Shown one piece after another: positions 56,350-64,000 of a DNA stretch of 64,000 bases. The notes under the pieces were generated by a model. It saw only the letters and a list, made by a program, of their open reading frames with translations. It was not told the DNA's origin and made no database searches. Each line of letters opens with the position of its first letter. Within the stretch, counting starts at the first letter, position 1. Position numbers and translations under genes: made by a program. Source of the DNA: a virus; the IMG/VR virus record IMGVR_UViG_3300029319_000010, positions 32,001-96,000 of that record. One strand, given 5' to 3'.

Positions 56350-59300
56350 AACTTAATTATTTTCTTGGTTATTCTTATTTTATCATATGTAATAATCAAA
56401 TTATACATTCCATCGGGATAATCTGATAAATCTATTCTTTTAATATTATCTGTTTGTATAATCTCTCCTACCATATTATATAGTTCTACATCAACATCTA
56501 GTCTTGTTTCTATAGTAAATGTATTTGCTGTAGGATTGGGGTATACAATTATATCACTACCTGATAGCTCATCTAAGTTAACTGGCCATCCTTCTTCACA
56601 ATAATTATACATAGATTGACAGGTCTCATCCCATACCTCAGTACAACAATAGTTATCTATATCTATAACCCAAGCATAACAAGGATCATTTAACCAATAA
56701 GGTTCTCCAGGTCCACCATAGCAACCAGCATCATAAAGACAAGTGGTATTATCTGGTAAGTTAACTAACGGATCATAGTTATATGCATTAGGATCAGCAC
56801 ATCCTTCTATTATAACTACACAACTACCATCATCAAAACAAGCATCTTCATCATAGTTTAGTGCAGTACTATCTGTACAACCTCCAACATAACAACATGA
56901 ATTATCTAAAGTATTTGCTAACGGATCAAAGTTAAGAGCCATTGTGTCTGTACAACCATATACAAATTCTATACACGTACCATTATCTGTATTTGCTAAT
57001 GGGTCATAGTTAAATGCAGTAGAATCCATGCAACCATATACATAAGGTATACAGTTACCGCTATCAGTATTTGCAGTAGAATCATAATTAAACATGGTAG
57101 AATCCATACATCCTATAATAACACCTTCACAGCTTCCATCATCTGTATTGGCATCTGCATTATAGTTAAAAGCCTCTGGATTGGTGCAACCTAGTATAGG
57201 GTATATACATCCATTATTAGTATTTGCTAACTCATTATAATTTAACGCAGTTGAATCTGTACAACCAATCACAACATCAATACATGAGCCGTTGTTTGTA
57301 TTTGCTGTGGCATTAAAATTAAATGCACTTGGATCTGTGCATCCATATATAGCATATATACACCCTGAATTAGTATTAGCGGTAATTTGATAATTTAAAG
57401 CTGTATCATCAGTGCATCCTATTACTACTGGTTGACATGAATCATCATCAATATTAGCATTTACATTAAAGTTAAATGCTGTTGGGTCAGTACATCCTAG
57501 AACAGGATATACACAACCTGAGTTAGTATTAGCTAGTTGATCATAGTTTAGTGCTGTATCATCTGTACACCCTATAACAACATCAACACAACTATTGTCA
57601 GTAGTATTAGCTTGTGGATTATAGTTAAATGAATCAGGATTTGTACAACCATAAACAAATGAAATACATCCTACATTTGTGTTAGCAGTTTCATCATAAT
57701 TATATGCTTCAGGATCCGTACATCCATATGCAAACTCTATACATGATCCATCATCAGTGTTTGCATTAACATTAAAATTAAACATTGTAGGATCCATACA
57801 ACCATATACAAATGGCTCACATGGATTATTTTCATCTGCTGTATTAGCTTCTGCATTATAATTAAATGCTGTTTCATCTAAACAACCGTATATAAATGGT
57901 TCACATAAATTATTATTTGTGTTAACATCTACACCATTTATTCCTGTTAATGGATTTCCTACTCCATCATTATCATAATCATTATATGTATAAGAGTTTG
58001 GATTTAAACAACCATATACAAAAGGATAACATGAGCCATCATCGGTATTAGCTAGCTCATTATAGTTAAATTGATTTGACTGTGTACAACCTTCAACAAC
58101 TGGTTCACAACTATCATCATCTACATTTGCATCTGGATAGTAATTAAATGCTTCATCATCTGTACAGCCATACACTATTTCTATGCAAGAGTCATTATCT
58201 GTATTAGCGTCTTCATCATAGTTAAACGCAGCAGAGTCTGTACAACCATTAATAACAGGCTGACATGATCCTGGTTCTAGAGTATTTGCTTCTTGATCAT
58301 AATTAAATGCTAATGGGTCTGTACAACCTAATATAGTTGGTATACAAGGATCTGTTTCATCTTCAACAGCTACTTGATTAACTGTTGCTAGTTCATTATA
58401 GTTATATGCAGTTTCATCTATACAGCCGAATATAGCATATACTTCACATGTTCCATCATCAAAATCTGCTTCTATTGCATTTTGTTCTATATAATTATAA
58501 TATTCAATATAAGCTGCATCAGTACAACCAGGGTTGTAATAACAGTCATTACTGCTTGTATTTGCTATTGGATCAAAGTTAACTGCTTCTAAATCTAAAC
58601 AACCATAAATTTTAGGAATACAGTTATTACCACACAGAGCTTGACCTTGATATAGAAAGTTGTATTGATTATAAGAAAGTATTGGATTTGTATAAGGGTT
58701 AGTTCCACCTTCTAATATAATGTCTCCTATAGGGTTAATTATTTCAAAGCTGCATTGTTCTGTTGTTTGTTGAGATTGACCAAAAGAATAAAAATAAGCT
58801 TTAACCATTTCACTGGTATTAAAATTAATTTCAGTTTCAAAAACTGTTTGATCACTTTGTAATGTAAAAGGCCCCCACCACTGATCACCTTGTGTAACTA
58901 CTAAAAATGAACCTGCCCAACCATTATCAGCCCAATCCGTCAATCTTAATGTATTTGTACAATTAGGGTTTGATAGTTGTGTATTTGCATCAGGGTTAAA
59001 ATTAAAAGCATCAGGGTTTATACAGCCAAATATTCTTTCTGTTTCACATGATCCGTCATCTTCATTAGCATAAGGGTTAAACTCTAAATACTCATTGTTT
59101 GTACATCCTTGTACAGTCTCTGGTGCACATGGTGTTACTTGACCAACATCAATTATAAGCTCTCCAAAATCACCTATACCTTCTGATATTGTATCACCAC
59201 ATTCTGTATATACCGCCCAAGTACCATCTATACCACCCCATTGAGCTCCACCAAGACCATCTCCATATGAGTCTTGTAACCAAAACATTATGTTAGTATT

Positions 59301-60512
59301 GTCATCAATGCAAGTTTGATATTCTACTGTAGTACCTACTGGCACACCACAATACGTTGTGTTATCATTTACTTCTGCTAAAGGTGTTCCATCACCATAC
59401 TGATCATATATTATCCAACTAGTTTCACAGCCATACTGATCCACCATTATTTCAACTGTAACTAAAGTTTTACCTGCTGTGCATGTTATATCTCCTCCAT
59501 TACATGAACCATCGTCTGTAGTTGCTGCAGGGTTATAACTAGCTGCTTCTGGGTCTGTACAACCTGGTATGTTAATACAAGATCCATCATCAATACCTGC
59601 TTCTTCATTATAGTTTAATGCATTTGGGTCTGTACATCCATAAATAAAAATACAAGGATCTACCTGCCATGTTTCTCCTACTACAGCATTTACATTTACA
59701 CCTGGAGTATTTGTATTAGGGTTTCCATCTGCTTCTGCTTGTGTTGATACTACATAGATTAATGTTGTGGGTGAATTACAACCTCCACCATCAAAAGCTA
59801 CAGCATCTATAAACCATTGTTGTCCATTATCACCAACATATATTCTTGCACCAATTTGTAGAATATCTTGATATTGTAAATAAAATTCGGGATCAACTCC
59901 AAAGTGAGTATTAGTAAAGGATACCAAGTTACATGTTGAACCTGGTGTTATAATGCCTGTTGGTATATCTGCTGCAAGTGGATTATAATTAAATGCAAAC
60001 TCATTTATACATCCATAAATATATGTACAACTACCATCATTAATTAAGGCATCTTCGTTAAAGTTTTCTGCTAATTCATCTGTACAACCTTGTAAAGGAG
60101 GAGCACAAGGTGCTATAGTTAATGTATCTACTAAAGATATTGGTCCGCTAGGTTCTGTTGTTAGTACTGAATCTTCATAAAAAGCACCTTCTACATACAT
60201 TAAACTATCTTGACAAGCATTACTTATTGAAAACCATCCATTATTACCACCCCAAAAAGATCCAGCTAAACCATCACCATAAGCATCATTTAATGAAATA
60301 ATATATTCACCTGCTGGTATACTTATTATAGTATCATGTAAAAATTCTGGCAATAAAAATGGTTCATTTACAGCTATTGCAGCACCGCTAATATCATAAA
60401 GTTCCCATGATGTTTCACCAGGATATTGGTCTGTTTGTAACTGTATATGTATCCAAGATTCTTGAGTAAATACTAGTATAGGAACTAGTAATAAGAATAT
60501 TAGTTTTTTCAT
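56346..60512 (-). CDS. GCTD-repeat protein with Sec signal and T9SS type-A C-terminal sorting domain
   Basis: Signal MKKLIFLLLVPILVFT|Q; about 29 GC[TM][DN]xxAxNYxxxANTDDGSC units; C-terminal IIVYPNP...LYNMVG...IDLSDYPDGMY...TKKIIKL. Confidence 0.85.
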   Translation of the reverse strand: MKKLIFLLLVPILVFTQESWIHIQLQTDQYPGETSWELYDISGAAIAVNEPFLLPEFLHDTIISIPAGEYIISLNDAYGDGLAGSFWGGNNGWFSISNACQDSLMYVEGAFYEDSVLTTEPSGPISLVDTLTIAPCAPPLQGCTDELAENFNEDALINDGSCTYIYGCINEFAFNYNPLAADIPTGIITPGSTCNLVSFTNTHFGVDPEFYLQYQDILQIGARIYVGDNGQQWFIDAVAFDGGGCNSPTTLIYVVSTQAEADGNPNTNTPGVNVNAVVGETWQVDPCIFIYGCTDPNALNYNEEAGIDDGSCINIPGCTDPEAASYNPAATTDDGSCNGGDITCTAGKTLVTVEIMVDQYGCETSWIIYDQYGDGTPLAEVNDNTTYCGVPVGTTVEYQTCIDDNTNIMFWLQDSYGDGLGGAQWGGIDGTWAVYTECGDTISEGIGDFGELIIDVGQVTPCAPETVQGCTNNEYLEFNPYANEDDGSCETERIFGCINPDAFNFNPDANTQLSNPNCTNTLRLTDWADNGWAGSFLVVTQGDQWWGPFTLQSDQTVFETEINFNTSEMVKAYFYSFGQSQQTTEQCSFEIINPIGDIILEGGTNPYTNPILSYNQYNFLYQGQALCGNNCIPKIYGCLDLEAVNFDPIANTSSNDCYYNPGCTDAAYIEYYNYIEQNAIEADFDDGTCEVYAIFGCIDETAYNYNELATVNQVAVEDETDPCIPTILGCTDPLAFNYDQEANTLEPGSCQPVINGCTDSAAFNYDEDANTDNDSCIEIVYGCTDDEAFNYYPDANVDDDSCEPVVEGCTQSNQFNYNELANTDDGSCYPFVYGCLNPNSYTYNDYDNDGVGNPLTGINGVDVNTNNNLCEPFIYGCLDETAFNYNAEANTADENNPCEPFVYGCMDPTMFNFNVNANTDDGSCIEFAYGCTDPEAYNYDETANTNVGCISFVYGCTNPDSFNYNPQANTTDNSCVDVVIGCTDDTALNYDQLANTNSGCVYPVLGCTDPTAFNFNVNANIDDDSCQPVVIGCTDDTALNYQITANTNSGCIYAIYGCTDPSAFNFNATANTNNGSCIDVVIGCTDSTALNYNELANTNNGCIYPILGCTNPEAFNYNADANTDDGSCEGVIIGCMDSTMFNYDSTANTDSGNCIPYVYGCMDSTAFNYDPLANTDNGTCIEFVYGCTDTMALNFDPLANTLDNSCCYVGGCTDSTALNYDEDACFDDGSCVVIIEGCADPNAYNYDPLVNLPDNTTCLYDAGCYGGPGEPYWLNDPCYAWVIDIDNYCCTEVWDETCQSMYNYCEEGWPVNLDELSGSDIIVYPNPTANTFTIETRLDVDVELYNMVGEIIQTDNIKRIDLSDYPDGMYNLIITYDKIRITKKIIKL
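56735..58610 (-). repeat. Tandem array of ~25-28-aa Cys-containing (GCTD) protein repeats
   Basis: About 23 consecutive units in the translation, plus three isolated pairs nearer the N-terminus. Confidence 0.85.
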
Positions 60513-60515
60513 ATT

Positions 60516-60839
60516 TTAAAATTTATTAGCAAGTATTTCGTCAATATATGCTTGCACTTCTTTTGCATCTGCTTTCATAGTAAATGATATATCTGCTTGA
60601 TATCTTTTTACTTCTTCACCATCATCAAATATTATAATTGTAGGAACTACTGCTATATTATGTTTTTCTTGTTGTTTTGGTTTGTCTGCTATATCTACAT
60701 ATGCTATATCACAATCAACTAAATCATTACACCATTCTACATCATTTGTAGAGTTCCATCCTGCATTATATTGAACAACTTCTACCTGTCCATAGGCAAT
60801 AGAAGACATCAAACAAAATATAAAGAATATATTTTTCAT
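60516..60839 (-). CDS. Exported thioredoxin-fold protein lacking canonical CXXC
   Basis: Signal ending AYG|Q; YNAGWN in place of FxAxWC; VDI...NIAVVPTIIIFDDGEEVKR. Confidence 0.7.
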   Translation of the reverse strand: MKNIFFIFCLMSSIAYGQVEVVQYNAGWNSTNDVEWCNDLVDCDIAYVDIADKPKQQEKHNIAVVPTIIIFDDGEEVKRYQADISFTMKADAKEVQAYIDEILANKF

Positions 60840-61117
60840 TTTAATCTATCTATTTTATCTTCTATACGTTTTAAATCTTCTTTTATTTCCTCAACATCAT
60901 CTTGAGTATTTTGAATTGTTAAACGTATATTTTTATCTTTCATATCAAACTCCATTCTTGTTACATCTGGATTTGGTGGTACAGGTAGCTCTTTAGCCTC
61001 AGCAATATCTGCCTGTAAAACAAACCACATACTTACTAAAGTAGTAATTAAAAAACCTATTCCACCTAGTGTCTTTAGGCTTATTTCAAATTTGGAATCT
61101 TCTGATATTTCTTTCAT
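60836..61117 (-). CDS. Single-TM protein with C-terminal coiled coil
   Basis: Hydrophobic GIGFLITTLVSMWFVL; heptad VEEIKEDLKRIEDKIDRL. Confidence 0.6.
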   Translation of the reverse strand: MKEISEDSKFEISLKTLGGIGFLITTLVSMWFVLQADIAEAKELPVPPNPDVTRMEFDMKDKNIRLTIQNTQDDVEEIKEDLKRIEDKIDRLK

Positions 61118-61521
61118 TTTGTACCTCCTTTTCTCATATAACCCTGGCCTGAAAATATAATCATCTTGTCTTTGTTTGCACCTCCTCTTTTCTTTGGTGA
61201 TTTCTTAGCACCAGGATTTGACGTTTTTAATTTTCTTACATTATTTGTCATTGAAGTCAACTTATTCTGATTTTCTAGAAGTTTATTTTGACTCTCAATT
61301 AGTTGGTTATTGAGTTGAAGTTGTTTAATAATCTCTTTTTGATTATTCATTATAGATTGTTGATTAAGCATTGCTTGTTCATCAGGGTTAGGAACTTTAT
61401 TAGGATCCATTTGAGGAACATCTACAAAATCAGATACAGCGGGTCTACCAATCCTAGATACCTTTCTAGGACCGGCATGATTATTAGGACCTCCCGCTCT
61501 ATATTGTCTAATTCTACGCAT
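61114..61521 (-). CDS. Basic N/Q-rich protein with xxGG motifs
   Basis: Start reassigned to ATG 61521; YRAGG, KKRGG, MRKGG. Confidence 0.6.
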   Translation of the reverse strand: MRRIRQYRAGGPNNHAGPRKVSRIGRPAVSDFVDVPQMDPNKVPNPDEQAMLNQQSIMNNQKEIIKQLQLNNQLIESQNKLLENQNKLTSMTNNVRKLKTSNPGAKKSPKKRGGANKDKMIIFSGQGYMRKGGTK

Positions 61522-61525
61522 ATTA

Positions 61526-61909
61526 CTATGAAGTTGTATCCCAGTCAATTACAATTGATCCACAAACTACTCCAAGATTAGTTGCATTAGGAGCAATTTC
61601 AAGAAATCTTGCATTTGCTGGATTAGTAATTTCAGTTGTACCTGCTCTAGCTAAAAATTCTGTAATTGCTCTTTGCAATTTTAATGCTTCACCAGTTGTT
61701 GTTATTGATGCTTTACAATCTTTTCTAGTATGTCCTAACCAAGTACCACTATGACCAGCATCTAGAAAAAAGATTTCAAGAGTATTTGCATCTGCTATTC
61801 TCATATTAACATTATTTCCTGATCCAACTGGATAGGATATAATATCTTCTGTGTCATCAGCATATGTCATAATCCATTTTGGTAATGCTGCTAAATTTAA
61901 TTCTGCCAT
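61526..61909 (-). CDS. Hypothetical late protein (paralog of 61936)
   Basis: MAELNxAxLPKW, LDAGH, RAGTTEITN. Confidence 0.65.
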   Translation of the reverse strand: MAELNLAALPKWIMTYADDTEDIISYPVGSGNNVNMRIADANTLEIFFLDAGHSGTWLGHTRKDCKASITTTGEALKLQRAITEFLARAGTTEITNPANARFLEIAPNATNLGVVCGSIVIDWDTTS

Positions 61910-61935
61910 GTTTAAAAAATTTATTAAGTTAATTA

Positions 61936-62361
61936 TTATGCTATTATATCTTCTACTACCTCTAAGTCAGTAACAGTTGCTCCTAAAAAAGTATTTACAT
62001 CACTTAAAACATCTCCATCAAGATATATCATTCTGTTATTATCTGTATTAGTAATTTCTGTAGATCCTGCTCTAGCTACCCACCTTGTAAAATTTCTTAC
62101 TATATTAAGTCTAGTAGCATCGTCATCAGCATGTGTAAATACAATTGCCATATCACGTCTTGCACCAACAACACCTTCACTATCATGACCTGCATCCAAT
62201 ATACACACTAATGTTTTAGTTGGTGCACCTCCTGTTCCAGTATTACAAGATTTAAAAAATACTCTTGCACCCAAACCAATAGGTACTGATACACTTTTAT
62301 TTTCTCCTGTGTCTTTAGCCATAACCCACTTGGGTAGTATTGCTTTGTTTAATTCTGCCAT
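61936..62361 (-). CDS. Hypothetical late protein (paralog of 61526)
   Basis: MAELNxAxLPKW, LDAGH, RAGSTEITN. Confidence 0.65.
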   Translation of the reverse strand: MAELNKAILPKWVMAKDTGENKSVSVPIGLGARVFFKSCNTGTGGAPTKTLVCILDAGHDSEGVVGARRDMAIVFTHADDDATRLNIVRNFTRWVARAGSTEITNTDNNRMIYLDGDVLSDVNTFLGATVTDLEVVEDIIA

Positions 62362-62403
62362 ATTTAAAATATTTTAATTGTTTATATTCTTGTTTGTTAT
62401 ATT

Positions 62404-62904
62404 TTATAAAACCCTATTAGGTCCTGCTCCTCCTCTTGCTCCTTTTGCTCTGTTATAAGCTACAAGTTCAGTTGCTAAATTATTAGATCTTGTTGTATTT
62501 CTACTTTGTGCATCTGTTCTTGCACGTAATGCTACATTATAACGGCTTAGATCTGCTGGGTCTAATGTATAATAAGCCAGTCTATCAGCAGTAACCGCAC
62601 CTCTAGTGCCCGGACTTACACGTCTTGCACTTCTATATATAGCAGGATTAGGTGCATCTGGAACAGTCTCTGGTGCAAATTTACTTTGTCTTGTACTAGG
62701 TTTTATTAAAACATCTCTATTAATAGGATTTCTTGTACCTTTTGTTTGAAATTTTGCTGAAAACTTACTTGTAGGAAGTGGGGTTTCTGGTTTAACCAAT
62801 AACTGTGCAGATAAATTATTACTTGGCGTAATACTGTTTAATGCATCGTTTGTTCTTTGACCATGAGATTGTTTCTCTTGGTCTGCTCTTTTTCTTGAAG
62901 CCAT
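62404..62904 (-). CDS. Basic low-complexity protein ending GPNRVL
   Basis: 166 aa, R/A/P-rich; C-terminus ARGGAGPNRVL. Confidence 0.65.
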   Translation of the reverse strand: MASRKRADQEKQSHGQRTNDALNSITPSNNLSAQLLVKPETPLPTSKFSAKFQTKGTRNPINRDVLIKPSTRQSKFAPETVPDAPNPAIYRSARRVSPGTRGAVTADRLAYYTLDPADLSRYNVALRARTDAQSRNTTRSNNLATELVAYNRAKGARGGAGPNRVL

Positions 62905-62927
62905 AACTTTAATTAATTAATTATTAT

Positions 62928-62961
62928 TATATTTGCTATTCTTATATAGATAATATACAAA
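62928..62961. promoter_or_regulatory. Face-to-face promoter pair: TATATTTG (+, 62928-62935) and TTTGTATATTA (-, 62951-62961)
   Basis: Both motifs lie in the 71-bp gap between divergent genes. Confidence 0.55.
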
Positions 62962-62975
62962 AAAAACTTTGAAAT

Positions 62976-63161
62976 ATGAAAACACATGAATTTAAAATAG
63001 AATTTCTAACAGATAGTCCACTATTAGGACTACATATGACACAATTTGATAGAAAGAATAATGATACCTTAAGATGGAATCCAACCATCAAAATCTCTTT
63101 AGGTTTTTTATTTTTTCATTTTACTTACATAAATACAGATTATACAATAGAAAAGGATTAA
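62976..63161 (+). CDS. Hypothetical small protein
   Basis: 61-aa ORF. Confidence 0.5.
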   Translation: MKTHEFKIEFLTDSPLLGLHMTQFDRKNNDTLRWNPTIKISLGFLFFHFTYINTDYTIEKD

Positions 63162-63229
63162 ATTTTCACTATATTATTATTACCTGACTATCTCAGGTAT
63201 CTCAATTATTAACTACTAAATACAATAAA

Positions 63230-64000
63230 ATGGAATTGAATAACAAGATTCTAAGTGATATTACTGTCCACATGAAATATGCACGGTATAATCCTGAATT
63301 AAAAAGAAGAGAGACCTGGGAAGAACTGGTCACTAGAAATATGAATATGCACCTTAAAAGATATCCTAAACTATCAGATGATATAAAAGGGGCCTATGAT
63401 TACGTGCTTGATAAAAAAGTACTACCATCTATGAGATCTATGCAGTTTGGTGGCAAACCAATAGAAATTTCTCCTAATAGAATATATAACTGTGCTTATC
63501 TTCCTATAGATAGTGTAGATGCATTTAGTGAAACTATGTTTTTGCTACTTGGAGGAACCGGTGTTGGTTACTCTGTACAAAGACATCATGTAGATAAACT
63601 ACCACTAATCAATAAACCATATAAAAAAAGAACAAGACGTTACCTAATTGGTGACTCTATAGAAGGCTGGGCAGATGCTATTAAGATGTTAATGAAGTCT
63701 TACTTAAATGGTAAAAGCTCACGCATAGTATTTGACTATTCAGATATTAGACCTAAAGGTGCTAGGTTAGTAACATCAGGTGGTAAAGCTCCTGGCCCAC
63801 AACCATTAAAAGAATGTATACTTAAGATCACAGGTGTTCTTCAAAATAAAGAAGATGGTGATTCACTTAGTACACTTGAAGCACATGATATTATATGTTA
63901 CATAGCTGATGCTGTATTAGCTGGTGGGATTAGACGTGCTGCTCTTATTAGCTTATTTAGTGCTGATGATGATGAGATGATATCTTGCAAGTCTGGTGCA
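63230..64000 (+). CDS. Ribonucleotide reductase large subunit, probably class II NrdJ/RTPR-like (partial; absent from the ORF track)
   Basis: Manual translation: KYARY...RRETWEE...VLPSMRSMQFGG...YNCAY...GGTGVGYS...DSIEGWA...IRPKG...APGP...GGIRRAA; open to the window end. Confidence 0.85.
   Translation, partial: MELNNKILSDITVHMKYARYNPELKRRETWEELVTRNMNMHLKRYPKLSDDIKGAYDYVLDKKVLPSMRSMQFGGKPIEISPNRIYNCAYLPIDSVDAFSETMFLLLGGTGVGYSVQRHHVDKLPLINKPYKKRTRRYLIGDSIEGWADAIKMLMKSYLNGKSSRIVFDYSDIRPKGARLVTSGGKAPGPQPLKECILKITGVLQNKEDGDSLSTLEAHDIICYIADAVLAGGIRRAALISLFSADDDEMISCKSGA

Noticed and set aside
56735-58610. Periodic DNA repeats resembling a CRISPR array
   Set aside because: Units are in-frame protein repeats with synonymous variation; there is no constant repeat/unique spacer pattern and no cas operon
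1-64000. Stop-codon reassignment (TAG or TGA), known in some crAss-like phages
   Set aside because: MCP, portal, TerL and PolB are full length in the standard code, coding density is high, and the only tRNA found is not a suppressor

Overview
This window is a 64-kb, AT-rich segment of a lytic dsDNA phage that looks Crassvirales-related (crAss-like) and most likely infects an aquatic Bacteroidota/Flavobacteriales host. It uses the standard genetic code. The minus-strand block at 1-26221 is late/structural: metallophosphoesterase, Cys-rich virion or fibre proteins, the crAss-type capsid block (auxiliary capsid, ring, major capsid, scaffold, portal), TerL, GroES, nuclease, HU/IHF-like protein, a YkuD-type lysin, a holin and a cluster of small very basic proteins. 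At about 26300 the strand switches. A ~730-nt densely structured non-coding tract follows, then tRNA-Arg(UCU) and a plus-strand early/replication block (26447-52332) with SSBs, SF2 helicase, DnaA-C HTH, DnaB, AAA ATPase, primase, resolvase, a VWA-peptidase/MoxR module, exonuclease, UDG, PolB and a spore-photoproduct-lyase-like radical SAM enzyme. A second minus-strand late block (52421-62904) carries paralogous small virion-like proteins, a 3TM holin, more basic micro-proteins and an exported-protein operon. A partial ribonucleotide reductase closes the window. The strongest candidates for undescribed systems are four. (1) A phage-encoded type IX secretion cargo operon: signal-peptide thioredoxin-fold protein, 1388-aa GCTD-repeat protein with a T9SS CTD, and an outer-membrane beta-barrel. 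(2) A family of small basic late proteins, several missed by the ORF track, sharing a [YFM]xxGG motif and a C-terminal GPNxxL tag. (3) A large plus-strand structured RNA-like tract whose stems tolerate G-U pairs. (4) Terminator-linked candidate antisense sRNAs, one matching the start region of an SSB-like gene. All family assignments come from motif recognition by eye; no database searches were run.
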